A stretch of 61,813 bases of DNA, filler included. It is 4 parts of 4 records of this genome, joined end to end, with 100 filler letters (N's around TTAATTAATTAA, not from the genome) between each part and the next. Parts side by side here need not be neighbours in the genome. Positions count along the whole stretch, not along the records: positions 1 to 31,029 come from SRR20825019_291; 3 more parts are not named here. The stretch is one strand, 5' to 3'. The position numbers and the translations under genes are program-made. Of the stretch, positions 21,982 to 31,129 are shown one piece after another. Each line of letters starts with the position of its first letter. Position 1 is the stretch's first letter. The notes under the pieces were generated by a model. The model made no database searches and was not told the DNA's origin. It worked only from the letters and a program-made list of their open reading frames with translations.

Positions 21982-22416
21982 TTATTTCTTCGGAGGCGGT
22001 GGAGGCGGACCATCCTTTTTAACATCAGGTTTGCGATGGCTCATTTTCTTCCATCGCTCCTTTAACTCCTGATTATACTTCTCGAATTCGATTTTCTGCT
22101 CCGCAGTCAACATCGCGGCGACATCCTGATTCATCTTTTCAGCCACTTCTCTGGTATCTTTGAACCAAACCGTGCGCACGTCTTTCATGTCCTGACTAGC
22201 CTTGACCACAATCGGACGGATCAACTCCACCTGCTCATCCGACAGTTGTAGACGCTCCACGTAACGACGCATCACCTTTACTGCGAATTCTTCCCGCGGC
22301 TTGTCTTTCGCGCTCGCTGGAGGCGGCACGGTGCATTTCGTATACAGGCTGCCCGAAAGCATACCGGCGCAGAATACGACCACGAAAGAAAGGATGATCT
22401 TCCATCGCTTATTCAT
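21982..22416 (-). CDS. Membrane-anchored helical periplasmic protein (Spy/CpxP-like)
   Basis: N-terminal TM; L.LSDEQ and LTAEQ repeats; third gene of ECF operon. Confidence 0.7.
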   Translation of the reverse strand: MNKRWKIILSFVVVFCAGMLSGSLYTKCTVPPPASAKDKPREEFAVKVMRRYVERLQLSDEQVELIRPIVVKASQDMKDVRTVWFKDTREVAEKMNQDVAAMLTAEQKIEFEKYNQELKERWKKMSHRKPDVKKDGPPPPPPKK

Positions 22417-22723
22417 CGGAAATGTCTCCTACAAAGAGGGTGGCAGGATCTTCCAAGTGAAACAAAGTATCCGATTCACTGGAGACTTCGGATTCGTTTC
22501 CCACAGAGAAATATGTGACCACCGCAAACAAGGCGACGAGGCAGGACACGCCCATCATGCGCATGGCCAATCTCTCGAGCATCGAATCAGCGAATCGCCG
22601 GGCACTCAACCCTTGCGCCACGACGCGCGTGGCAAAGCCGGTCGGCGCAACCACCTCGGAATCCGGCGGAACCTGTCGTGCCGCCGTAACCAAACGCGCC
22701 CAAATTTCATCCATCCGTTTCAT
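22409..22723 (-). CDS. Putative single-TM anti-sigma factor
   Basis: APTGFATRVVA motif, one TM, overlaps the ECF sigma stop. Confidence 0.7.
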   Translation of the reverse strand: MKRMDEIWARLVTAARQVPPDSEVVAPTGFATRVVAQGLSARRFADSMLERLAMRMMGVSCLVALFAVVTYFSVGNESEVSSESDTLFHLEDPATLFVGDISDE

Positions 22724-23310
22724 AATCTTTCCTCCTGTTGTAGGGTCTCAAATAATTTACGCAACTTCCGACGGGCCCGAAATGCCCGCACCTTAACCAA
22801 GGACTTATTCCAGCCAGTCTGCTCACAAATCTCCACAATGGTCCTTTGCTCCAAATCCAACATTCTCAGGATCATCTGATCTTCAGGTTTCAGTTGAGCC
22901 AACAGCTTATGGACCAATTCGTGCGCTTCCAGCGCGTCGCCCGCCGCGACCTCATTCTGATCAGTCATCACCGCATCGAGCACATCCGCTTCCTTTTCCG
23001 ATAAATCCGCCCAGCGAAATTCCGGCCGCCGCTTTTGCGCGCGCAGATGATCAATACAGGTCGTCACGGCGATTCTCGAAACCCAGTGCGTGAAGGGCAC
23101 GGCCCCCTGATACTGTTCGATCCGGGTAAACATTTTCATGAAAATTTCCTGAGCGAGGTCTTCCTCGAGCACTCGTCGGGGAAGATGGGAACGCACAATG
23201 CGGATAACTTGCGGATACAAAAATTCAACGAGTTCACGCGCCGCCCCCTGATCGCCTTGGCGCACCAGCGCCAGGCAACCCGGAAGGTCGAGTGTTTCGT
23301 CATCTGACAT
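22720..23310 (-). CDS. ECF sigma-70 factor
   Basis: EDLAQEIFMK, FTHWVSRIAVTTCIDHLR, VKVRAFRARRKL. Confidence 0.95.
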   Translation of the reverse strand: MSDDETLDLPGCLALVRQGDQGAARELVEFLYPQVIRIVRSHLPRRVLEEDLAQEIFMKMFTRIEQYQGAVPFTHWVSRIAVTTCIDHLRAQKRRPEFRWADLSEKEADVLDAVMTDQNEVAAGDALEAHELVHKLLAQLKPEDQMILRMLDLEQRTIVEICEQTGWNKSLVKVRAFRARRKLRKLFETLQQEERL

Positions 23311-23344
23311 AGGGCAATGAATAGGGTCTCATACACCTGTGACA

Positions 23345-23371
23345 AGACGCCTGATTGCAAGACAGGTTACA
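23345..23371 (-). promoter_or_regulatory. Putative autoregulatory ECF promoter
   Basis: Minus strand TGTAAC-N16-CGTCT, matching the general ECF AAC/CGT pattern. Confidence 0.6.
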
Positions 23372-23402
23372 TTCCCTGAAATCATGTTGAGGGCCGCGAC
23401 AA

Positions 23403-23493
23403 CGGTCGTGGACGAGCCGCGCCCCTACCGACAGACATAGGAGAGTGCCTTGCCTGTCCGCCATAATCTTGGCGACGAAGGGTGCGCACCCGC
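23403..23493. repeat. REP-like elements with a nested small hairpin element
   Basis: Minus GTAGGGGCGCGGCTCGTCCACGACC; GCCTGTCCGCCATAATCTTGGCGACGAAGGG at 23452-23482. Confidence 0.5.
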
Positions 23494-23568
23494 TTCGGAA
23501 TCAATTTCAGGCGTCGCCATTCTTCGTCTTGACGCCCGGAGAAACATCCACCTAGGTTGCCAGTCTTG

Positions 23569-23619
23569 ATGCGAAACTTGCAGCAGGCTCTACGACTTAT
23601 CACCGCGCACGATCTCTGA
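23569..23619 (+). CDS. Putative leuA leader peptide MRNLQQALRLITAHDL
   Basis: 16 codons with 4 Leu (TTG, CTA, CTT, CTC); TTGACG-N18-TAGGTT promoter just upstream; stem GCGCACG/CGTGCGC spans the stop. Confidence 0.6.
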   Translation: MRNLQQALRLITAHDL

Positions 23620-23727
23620 ATCGCCCGCCGGGTGGAACGTGCGCCTTTGCCTGCCTTTAACTGCCACTGCCATTTGCAGTGTTGAGCCAGTTCATCCCGT
23701 TAAGTTAACCTGTTAGTTCGTTTCGTC

Positions 23728-25395
23728 ATGCAATCCGCACCTATTAAGAAATATCGGCCCTTCCCTCCGGTCGATTTACCCAATCGCCAGTGGCCCAGCC
23801 GCACTCAAACCGAGGCACCGATGTGGTGCAGCGTCGATCTGCGCGACGGCAACCAGGCCCTCGCCCAACCCATGAGCGTCGAGGAGAAACTCGAGTATTT
23901 CGAGATGCTCGTCTCCATCGGGTTCAAGGAAATCGAGGTAGGTTTTCCGTCCGCGTCGCAAATCGAGTTCGATTTCATTCGTCGTCTCATCGATGAGAAT
24001 CGCATTCCCGACGATGTCGCCATCCAGATTCTCTGCCAATGTCGCGAGGAACTCATCTCGCGTTCCTGCGAATCGATGAAGGGCGCCAAAAACGTCATCT
24101 TCCATCTCTACAACTCCACCTCCCCTGCCCAACGCGCTCACGTGTTCAACGCGACCAAGGAAGACATTGTCGCCATCGCGGTCAACGGCACCAAGTGGGT
24201 CAAGCAATACACCCAGGCTCTCATCGACGACGGCACGCACGTGCGTTTCGAGTATTCACCGGAAAGCTTCACCAGCACCGAACTCGATTTTGCTCTCGAG
24301 ATCTGTGAAGCCGTGACCGACGTCTGGCAGCCCACGGTCGAAAACAAGATCATCCTCAATCTCCCCGCCACGGTCGAATACGGCACCCCCAATGTCCATG
24401 CCGACCAAATCGAATGGATGTGCACCCACCTCACCCGACGCGAGCAGTCGATCATCTCCCTGCACACGCACAATGATCGCGGCACCGGTGTCGCGGCGAC
24501 CGAGTTGGCCTTGTTGGCCGGGGCGGATCGCGTCGAAGGCACCCTCTTCGGGAATGGCGAACGCACGGGCAATCTCGATATCGTGGTCGTCGCGTTGAAT
24601 CTCTACACCCACGGAATCGATCCGCAGTTGGACTTCTCCAACCTCAACGACATCCGCTCCGTTTACGAACGCTGCACCCGCCTCCGCGTGCCGCCTCGTC
24701 AACCCTACGCGGGGGAATTGGTCTTCACGGCTTTCAGCGGTTCCCATCAGGATGCGATTAAGAAATCCTGGGCGAAACAAAAACCGGACCAACCGTGGGA
24801 TGTCCTCTACATTCCGATCGATCCGGCCGATGTCGGTCGCAACTACAAGGCGATCATTCGCATCAACTCCCAATCGGGCAAAGGCGGTGTCGCCTACATT
24901 CTCGAGAACGTCTTCGGCTACGATCTGCCCAAGCTCATGCAACGGGAGGTCGGTCGCTCGATCAACGTGATGGCCGATCAAACCGGCAAGGAGCTCAGCG
25001 CAGACGATATTCATCAGGCCTTCCTCGATGAATTCCTGGATCGCCGGGATCGCGTCGCCATCACCAAATTCCGCAGCAACGAATCCGGCGAAACGGTGAG
25101 TTGCGAATGCGAAGTCACCATCGACGGACAGGCCCACCGCCTCGCGGCCGAGGGCAACGGACCGATCGATGCCTTCGTGCGCGCGCTGGATGGCACGGGT
25201 CTGCCCAAGGTTGAGGTGCAATCCTACTCCGAGCATTCACTCGGCAAGGGCGCCAAAGCCAAAGCGGTTTCGTATATTCAAATCGAAACGAGTGACGGAC
25301 AAGCCCTCTACGGTGCCGGTTCGGATACCAATATCGAGTTTGCTTCGATCAAAGCGATCGTCAGCGCGCTCAACCGCGTGCTGGCTAAGAAATAA
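23728..25395 (+). CDS. leuA: 2-isopropylmalate synthase (yeast/LeuA2 type)
   Basis: WCSVDLRDGNQAL, FEYSPESF, SLHTHNDRG, GNGERTGN, TAFSGSHQDAI, IRINSQSGKGG. Confidence 0.98.
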   Translation: MQSAPIKKYRPFPPVDLPNRQWPSRTQTEAPMWCSVDLRDGNQALAQPMSVEEKLEYFEMLVSIGFKEIEVGFPSASQIEFDFIRRLIDENRIPDDVAIQILCQCREELISRSCESMKGAKNVIFHLYNSTSPAQRAHVFNATKEDIVAIAVNGTKWVKQYTQALIDDGTHVRFEYSPESFTSTELDFALEICEAVTDVWQPTVENKIILNLPATVEYGTPNVHADQIEWMCTHLTRREQSIISLHTHNDRGTGVAATELALLAGADRVEGTLFGNGERTGNLDIVVVALNLYTHGIDPQLDFSNLNDIRSVYERCTRLRVPPRQPYAGELVFTAFSGSHQDAIKKSWAKQKPDQPWDVLYIPIDPADVGRNYKAIIRINSQSGKGGVAYILENVFGYDLPKLMQREVGRSINVMADQTGKELSADDIHQAFLDEFLDRRDRVAITKFRSNESGETVSCECEVTIDGQAHRLAAEGNGPIDAFVRALDGTGLPKVEVQSYSEHSLGKGAKAKAVSYIQIETSDGQALYGAGSDTNIEFASIKAIVSALNRVLAKK

Positions 25396-25410
25396 TTGGA
25401 CAAGCCTACC

Positions 25411-25439
25411 AACCTGACCAGACTTGGTCTGGTCAGGTT
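25411..25439. promoter_or_regulatory. Palindromic operator upstream of TA operon
   Basis: Perfect AACCTGACCAGAC-TTG-GTCTGGTCAGGTT, 5 nt before the antitoxin ATG. Confidence 0.75.
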
Positions 25440-25444
25440 GAATC

Positions 25445-25738
25445 ATGAAGCAGATCAACATACAGGCCGCGAAGACGCACCTCTCCCGTATTGTCGAGCA
25501 AGTCGCCAATGGTGAAGAAGTAGTGCTCGCGAAAGCCGGTAAGCCCATGGTGAAAATGGTGCCTTACCAAGCAGTTAAGAAGCCGCGCACTCCGGGCCTG
25601 CTAGCGGGACAAGGTTACTGGGAATCCCCCGAATGTTGGGAGCCCGATGAAGATCTTATCAAACAAATGACTGAGTCTCCGATTTATCCCGAGGTTCCCA
25701 ATGCTCCTGCACAGCATGTAGCTGAAGACAAACCGTGA
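25445..25738 (+). CDS. Phd/YefM-family antitoxin
   Basis: INIQAAKTHLSRIVEQV..GEEVVLAKAGKP. Confidence 0.92.
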   Translation: MKQINIQAAKTHLSRIVEQVANGEEVVLAKAGKPMVKMVPYQAVKKPRTPGLLAGQGYWESPECWEPDEDLIKQMTESPIYPEVPNAPAQHVAEDKP

Positions 25739-26112
25739 GAGTTCTCCTCGATTCACATGTGATCGTTTGGTGGCTGCTGTTTCCACAACGACTCAGCCCA
25801 CCGACCCTCGAGCTACTGAAATCACCCGAAAGCCATGTCGTTCTCAGTTCCGCCAGTGTTTGGGAACTCGGTATAAAAATCGCGAAAGGAAATCTCCATT
25901 TGCCCGGCGATTATCCGGAGCAACTGCTAGCTGACGGATTCACCGAGTTGACTGTCCAAATCACTCACGCCCAAAAGGCAGCCACTCTGCCCTTTCATCA
26001 TTCCGATCCTTTTGACCGAATCCTCATCGCGCAGGCGTTGACTGAAAATCTAAAACTCATCTCAAGTGACGCGGCCATTTCACGCTACGACATTCCTCTC
26101 ATCAAAGCCTGA
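25735..26112 (+). CDS. VapC/PIN-domain toxin
   Basis: LLDSHV, SASVWELGIK, HHSDPFDRILIAQA, SSD; GTGA overlap with antitoxin. Confidence 0.93.
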   Translation: MRVLLDSHVIVWWLLFPQRLSPPTLELLKSPESHVVLSSASVWELGIKIAKGNLHLPGDYPEQLLADGFTELTVQITHAQKAATLPFHHSDPFDRILIAQALTENLKLISSDAAISRYDIPLIKA

Positions 26113-26118
26113 CGCCTG

Positions 26119-27237
26119 ATGAAATACACGCCCGCCAAACCGCCGCTTACTGGCGAGACCCTCGAGTCACTCACCTCGCGCCTGAAGGCGCAGGGCGAAC
26201 CCGCCTTTCGCGCCAAACAGATCCTCGATTGGGTCTACAAAAAACGCGCGCGCTCGTGGGACGAGATGACGAATCTCTCCAAGCCGCTGCGCGCGTGGTT
26301 GGCGGATCAATTCGAGCTGATGCCGCTCAGCCTCGTCCACGGCAAGCAGTCGCTCGATATCACTGACAAACTCCTGCTCGAACTCGGTGATCAATCGCTG
26401 ATCGAAACCGTGATCATCCGCGCCCCGCAGGAGGGTGTGGGCCTCGAACACTCGCGTAAAACCATCTGCATTTCGACGCAGGTCGGTTGTGCGATGGGCT
26501 GCAAATTCTGCGCTTCCGGTTTGATGGGACTCAAACGCGACCTCAGCGGTGGCGAAATCGTCGCCCAGCTCCTCCAGGTTTGCTACCGCGAAGACGCCCA
26601 CGATCCGCGCGCCCACACCGGCCTCGCCTCCTTCGACAACATCGTCGTCATGGGCATGGGTGAACCGCTCGCCAACTACGAAGCGATCACCACCGCGTTG
26701 AAAATCATCAACGCCGACTGGGGCTTTGGATTCGGCGCGCGGCGCATCACCCTCTCGACCAGTGGACTCGTGCCCAACATTCTCAAACTGGCCGACGAAC
26801 CCATTGGGGTGCGACTCGCGATCTCACTGCACGGCGCTACCGACGAGGTGCGCTCGCAGATCATGCCCGTCAACAAGGCCTATCCCCTCGCCAAGTTGAT
26901 CCCCGCCGTCCGTGCGTTCAGTGAAAAGCACGGACGGATGGTCACACTCGAATTCATTCTCATCGACGGCATCAACGACGCGCTTGATCAGGCCGAGAAA
27001 CTCCGCGATATCGCCAAAGATCTCCACGCCCACGTGAATCTCATCCCTTACAATACCGTGGAGGGACTCCCGTGGAAACGCCCGTCGATCACCCGTCAGG
27101 AACGCTTCGCCGACATCCTTCGTCGCGCCCGTGTTTCCGTGACCCTCCGTCGCGAAAAGGGCCACGACATCGATGCCGCCTGCGGCCAACTCCGTCTCAA
27201 AACCGAAAAGGACCGCGAACTCGCGAACGCCAATTAA
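26119..27237 (+). CDS. rlmN: 23S rRNA/tRNA m2A methyltransferase
   Basis: CISTQVGCAMGCKFCASG, MGMGEPL, AISLH, NLIPYN, DIDAACGQL. Confidence 0.97.
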   Translation: MKYTPAKPPLTGETLESLTSRLKAQGEPAFRAKQILDWVYKKRARSWDEMTNLSKPLRAWLADQFELMPLSLVHGKQSLDITDKLLLELGDQSLIETVIIRAPQEGVGLEHSRKTICISTQVGCAMGCKFCASGLMGLKRDLSGGEIVAQLLQVCYREDAHDPRAHTGLASFDNIVVMGMGEPLANYEAITTALKIINADWGFGFGARRITLSTSGLVPNILKLADEPIGVRLAISLHGATDEVRSQIMPVNKAYPLAKLIPAVRAFSEKHGRMVTLEFILIDGINDALDQAEKLRDIAKDLHAHVNLIPYNTVEGLPWKRPSITRQERFADILRRARVSVTLRREKGHDIDAACGQLRLKTEKDRELANAN

Positions 27238-27251
27238 GCCACGATTCCGAC

Positions 27252-28025
27252 ATGACCTTTCGACCACAACTCGGGCAGCACATTCGGTTTACCGAAACCG
27301 CGCTGACCGATCATTGGTGCGATGAATTATTAAATTATGTCGAGCTCTTCGCTCCCAAGATAAAAACCGCGGTAGCTCCGGCATCCCCTGAACAAATCGC
27401 GAACCTCACTCAGGTCGCGTCTTCCCCTCTTCCTTCGACCTACCGCCACTATCTAGAAATGGCGGGAGTGAATCGCAGCTCCTTGCTTCCAAATTTTCAG
27501 GCGGCGATCGGATTCGACGCCTCTTTGGAACTCTACCTCGAAACCAAACCCGAGGAGTTGCCCGAGGGGGTCTTTCTGATCGGTTATGGTCACAATTCGA
27601 TCTACCCCGAGCTCGGTCTGCACGTTGCGGAAAATCCAAGCAATCCCGCCGTGGTCGCGTCCGATGGCGAAGAGATCATTTACACGCTGGCCGAATCGCT
27701 GCCGCACCTACTTTTCCAACAAGCGTTTCTCGGACATGAGATCATGAGCACTCCGGTGCGTCGGGTTTACGGGATGGTTCGCGGTCAGCATCTCTTGGCG
27801 AATGTCGTGGACCGATGCACGAAACTCGGTTTCAAGCCCTATGATTTCAGTGATGCTCAAAATTTTTGCGGATGGCGCCTGAGTGCTGCCGTGCACATCC
27901 ATCAAATCGCCGGAGGCGCCGGCTGGCTCTATCTCAGCAGCATGGATGAAGCGACCTGTCTCCAAGTCGGTAATGAACTGAACCACGAACTCGATCTCGT
28001 TTTCTTAAGACAGGAGCCCGAGTAG
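27252..28025 (+). CDS. SMI1/KNR4 (SUKH)-like protein
   Basis: PASPEQIANL.....LPSTYRHYLEMAG; start trimmed to MTFRPQ. Confidence 0.65.
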   Translation: MTFRPQLGQHIRFTETALTDHWCDELLNYVELFAPKIKTAVAPASPEQIANLTQVASSPLPSTYRHYLEMAGVNRSSLLPNFQAAIGFDASLELYLETKPEELPEGVFLIGYGHNSIYPELGLHVAENPSNPAVVASDGEEIIYTLAESLPHLLFQQAFLGHEIMSTPVRRVYGMVRGQHLLANVVDRCTKLGFKPYDFSDAQNFCGWRLSAAVHIHQIAGGAGWLYLSSMDEATCLQVGNELNHELDLVFLRQEPE

Positions 28026-28029
28026 TCGC

Positions 28030-28683
28030 TTAGTCGGCCTTCGGTTCACCAATCAGTTCACGCAGAATCGCGGCGGAAATCACCGGCGTTTTGAAGCGAT
28101 ATTTAATCCCGAGATAGTCGAAGTAAAACCCCAAGGCGCGACGCGTCTGATCATCGACCACCCCATCAATCGGACCCGGATCAAACTTCCGGTCCTGCAA
28201 AGCAGCCTCAAGTTGCAAAGCAGTTTCCTGCGCCAAGGTTTTCTCTAGAATATAGATCGGAGAACCCGCAGGGTCCGAGATCAAAGCCAGTTGTGAATCC
28301 ACGTAGATGACCGTGCCGATCGTTTGGTTGCCGTCAAAATACCGCACGGTTCGGATGTTGGTCGAGGCATCCTCGGGCTGCCAATAGACATCACCAAACA
28401 TCGGATCACTTCGTCCCAATGGAAGGGTCGCGACATCGGCACTCTCCCAATTAGCATGAGATTGACCATCAATCCACATGAGTTCCTTTCCTAGCACCAA
28501 GCTTTTCCCCAACGCATCCTGGGATGGTCCATCAGTCATCATCGTCATCGCCACATCGCTCGGACTGCGCATTGTCACCACTTGATAAGCCGTGGACTCT
28601 TCGGAAAAATAATCACATCCTGTTAAGAACAGCAGTGACCCGGCACTTACTATTAAATCGACGATACGGCGGAAATTTTTCAT
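28030..28683 (-). CDS. Lipoprotein with C-terminal peptidoglycan-binding-like domain
   Basis: Lipobox LTGC; LEAALQDRKFDPGPIDGVVDDQTRRAL. Confidence 0.7.
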   Translation of the reverse strand: MKNFRRIVDLIVSAGSLLFLTGCDYFSEESTAYQVVTMRSPSDVAMTMMTDGPSQDALGKSLVLGKELMWIDGQSHANWESADVATLPLGRSDPMFGDVYWQPEDASTNIRTVRYFDGNQTIGTVIYVDSQLALISDPAGSPIYILEKTLAQETALQLEAALQDRKFDPGPIDGVVDDQTRRALGFYFDYLGIKYRFKTPVISAAILRELIGEPKAD

Positions 28684-28721
28684 AAGGATCGGATTAGCTA
28701 AAACCTATCACGAGGCATCAC

Positions 28722-29324
28722 ATGAACACACCGCCAACCGCGCCGAAGATTACTTGTTCAACCTGCAATAGCATTTGGAGCGAAGGGCGATACAGTAAAA
28801 GTTGTCAGGAATGCGGCGGCGGTGCAATGCAACATGCGTGTATTGTCTGCAGCGGCACCTGCGGATCGATGTGGTCACGAGCCATCATAGATTCGCAGGA
28901 CAGCCACATCGCTCATTGGGCCGGCAACTGCTACCATCAAACGGGCCCTTTGGCTGAACCGGGCGATATCCCTCACCCCAAACAACGCTACCTTTTTCGC
29001 TTCGGCTACGAGACCCCCGCTCAAAAGATCAGCAATGCCCGGGGTGGCTGGGACGATCAGGACAGTGGTTGGGTTTTTGTCGAATCCACCAGTAAACGCG
29101 AGGCGACGGAATTGGGCCGAGCATTTGCCGATCTCTACGTGCTACGGCTCTTTGAAAACGGAAACCCTCTGATTGCGAACGACGGCGAAGCTTACATTTG
29201 GTCGGAGGCCGGATACGCCGAATGGATCGAGGAGGATCTTGAAGAAATTGCTTCCGCCGAAGGCGACGCACCGATTATTGCCAGCCCCAGAGATTTAGTG
29301 CGCATCGTCAGAGCTTTGGATTGA
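28722..29324 (+). CDS. Hypothetical protein with Cys-rich N-terminus
   Basis: CSTC, CQEC, CIVCSGTC, HWAGNC; acidic C-terminal half. Confidence 0.6.
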   Translation: MNTPPTAPKITCSTCNSIWSEGRYSKSCQECGGGAMQHACIVCSGTCGSMWSRAIIDSQDSHIAHWAGNCYHQTGPLAEPGDIPHPKQRYLFRFGYETPAQKISNARGGWDDQDSGWVFVESTSKREATELGRAFADLYVLRLFENGNPLIANDGEAYIWSEAGYAEWIEEDLEEIASAEGDAPIIASPRDLVRIVRALD

Positions 29325-29338
29325 GTCCCGGACACGGT

Positions 29339-29557
29339 ATGGAATCGCCCTTTTCTTCTTCCAATTCATCTTTATCCGCGCATCACGGTGGCAAAGAATT
29401 TCAGATCGTCGTCGATGACTGTGTGGGCTGCTTTCTTTACACGTATCAGGATGGCGAGCTGATTGATACTGAGCTTCGTTCGATCGCCGAAGATGTTCAA
29501 AAACTTGCGCTCGATAAATTCGGCGTGCCCTTGGACGGGTGGCGCTCAGAACCCTAG
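29339..29557 (+). CDS. Small hypothetical protein, immunity-like
   Basis: About 72 aa, GCFLYTY...DT......A..KFGVP..GW pattern; start uncertain. Confidence 0.45.
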   Translation: MESPFSSSNSSLSAHHGGKEFQIVVDDCVGCFLYTYQDGELIDTELRSIAEDVQKLALDKFGVPLDGWRSEP

Positions 29558-29558
29558 C

Positions 29559-31028
29559 TCAGAAGCCTGTCCAATCCAGATAGCGAGTCACCGCGCGATC
29601 CACGGAAGCAGGATCGGTTTTATCAAGTGGATCAATCCAGTGCTTGAGCAGACCACGAACCTGCTCACGGTTGAGTCCACTCGCTTCCAAAGCCGCCCGG
29701 TGCTGCTCCGGTGTGCCCTGCAAATGCGGAAAATCGGATCGGCTGTGCCGGTTGAACAACGTGCCAAGAACCGCCTCCTCTTTCGTCAGGGCTCGATCGG
29801 GGCGACCGCGCTCCAATTCGAGAGTGAAGTAATCATTGTAGGTGCGGTTACCTAAAAAGGATTCGACATCATCCATCACTTCATGGTCACGCAACAACGC
29901 CTGCTTATGGCGCTCGAAATTCAGGTCCATCCGTTCCAAGTCGGCACGCCACCGATGGCGCACCTCTTCCAAACCTGCCTCATATTCCGGAGAATTCTTC
30001 GGATGGGGACTATCAAATCGGTAAACCTCCAACTGCGCCTCAAGGTCATCAACTTCACGCTGCCGGAAAAACTGATGTTCGGCTTCCTTCATATCATCCA
30101 CAACCTGTCTGCCTTGATGCGGTGTGTAAGCCGCTTCCGTTGTCCGACGCATCTCTCCGCGCAAAGCCGCCTCAGGATCAACCGGCAAAGGACGCTTGAT
30201 CGCAGCGGGATCGACCGGATTTTGACCAAAAGCTCCCGTCGAAGCATCCATAGGATCTGATCGCACCGGCGGGGCTTTCGTCATGCCATCGTCCGGAGAC
30301 ATCGCTTTTACCGAACCTACATCACGCGATGGAGGCGCCATCGTCTTTCCTGCATCAACCGCCGGTTCGGCTCCGAGCTCAGAATTGGATTTCGGGGCAA
30401 TTCTTGTATCGTCCGATGAGCGAATCGTCAAAGGAGGTTCGTCCGGTGCCATGCGCTTGGTAGGTGATTCTTCCGGACGCAATCTCACGGAAGGCGCCGC
30501 CTCCTCGGGTGAAGTTCGCATCGTCGGCATTTCACGCGGTGTAAGTTTCACCGTGGGTTTTTCATCCGGGGTCAACCCAACTGTCGGATTTTCATTAGCA
30601 GGCAGTCGCGTAGTCGGCGTTTCGCGAGCTGGTGTTCTCACCGTCGGAGCATCCGGTGACGGCAATCGCACGGTTGGGGTCTCGTCGGGCGTTAAGCCCA
30701 CGGTCGGCGAAACATCCTCAGGCGAAGTTCGCATGGTTGGCATTTCGCGAGGAGAAAGCACCACGGTGGGTGTATCATCCGGGGAGAGACCAACGGTAGG
30801 AGCATGATCTGCAGGCAACCCCACCGTCGGAGTATCGGTCGCGGGCAAGCCAACGGTAGGAGTGTCATTCGCTGCTTGGGGGCCCAACCGTCCGGCGCGA
30901 TACGCATCAGCTTTTATCCTAATTTCCTCACGTGTCAGATTGCGTCCGGGCTCCTCCAGACGACGCAATTGCTCGTCGGTGTAGTTTCGGCTCAGGTAGC
31001 CCACTTCGGGTTCAGTGACCCGACCGGG
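29559..31028 (-). CDS. 5'-truncated protein with about 15 decapeptide PT-x-x-hydrophobic repeats
   Basis: Frame open to the contig edge (PGRVTEPEVGYLS...); repeats DTPTVGLPAT, HAPTVGLSPD, EMPTMRTSPE etc. Confidence 0.8.
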   Translation of the reverse strand, partial: PGRVTEPEVGYLSRNYTDEQLRRLEEPGRNLTREEIRIKADAYRAGRLGPQAANDTPTVGLPATDTPTVGLPADHAPTVGLSPDDTPTVVLSPREMPTMRTSPEDVSPTVGLTPDETPTVRLPSPDAPTVRTPARETPTTRLPANENPTVGLTPDEKPTVKLTPREMPTMRTSPEEAAPSVRLRPEESPTKRMAPDEPPLTIRSSDDTRIAPKSNSELGAEPAVDAGKTMAPPSRDVGSVKAMSPDDGMTKAPPVRSDPMDASTGAFGQNPVDPAAIKRPLPVDPEAALRGEMRRTTEAAYTPHQGRQVVDDMKEAEHQFFRQREVDDLEAQLEVYRFDSPHPKNSPEYEAGLEEVRHRWRADLERMDLNFERHKQALLRDHEVMDDVESFLGNRTYNDYFTLELERGRPDRALTKEEAVLGTLFNRHSRSDFPHLQGTPEQHRAALEASGLNREQVRGLLKHWIDPLDKTDPASVDRAVTRYLDWTGF

Positions 31029-31029
31029 C

Positions 31030-31129
31030 NNNNNNNNNNNNNNNNNNNNNNNNNNNNNNNNNNNNNNNNNNNNTTAATTAATTAANNNNNNNNNNNNNNN
31101 NNNNNNNNNNNNNNNNNNNNNNNNNNNNN
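31030..31129. other. Artificial contig linker
   Basis: N44-TTAATTAATTAA-N44; stops in all six frames. Confidence 0.99.

Noticed and set aside
31074-31085. TTAATTAATTAA palindrome repeated three times in the window
   Set aside because: Synthetic all-frame stop linker inside N runs
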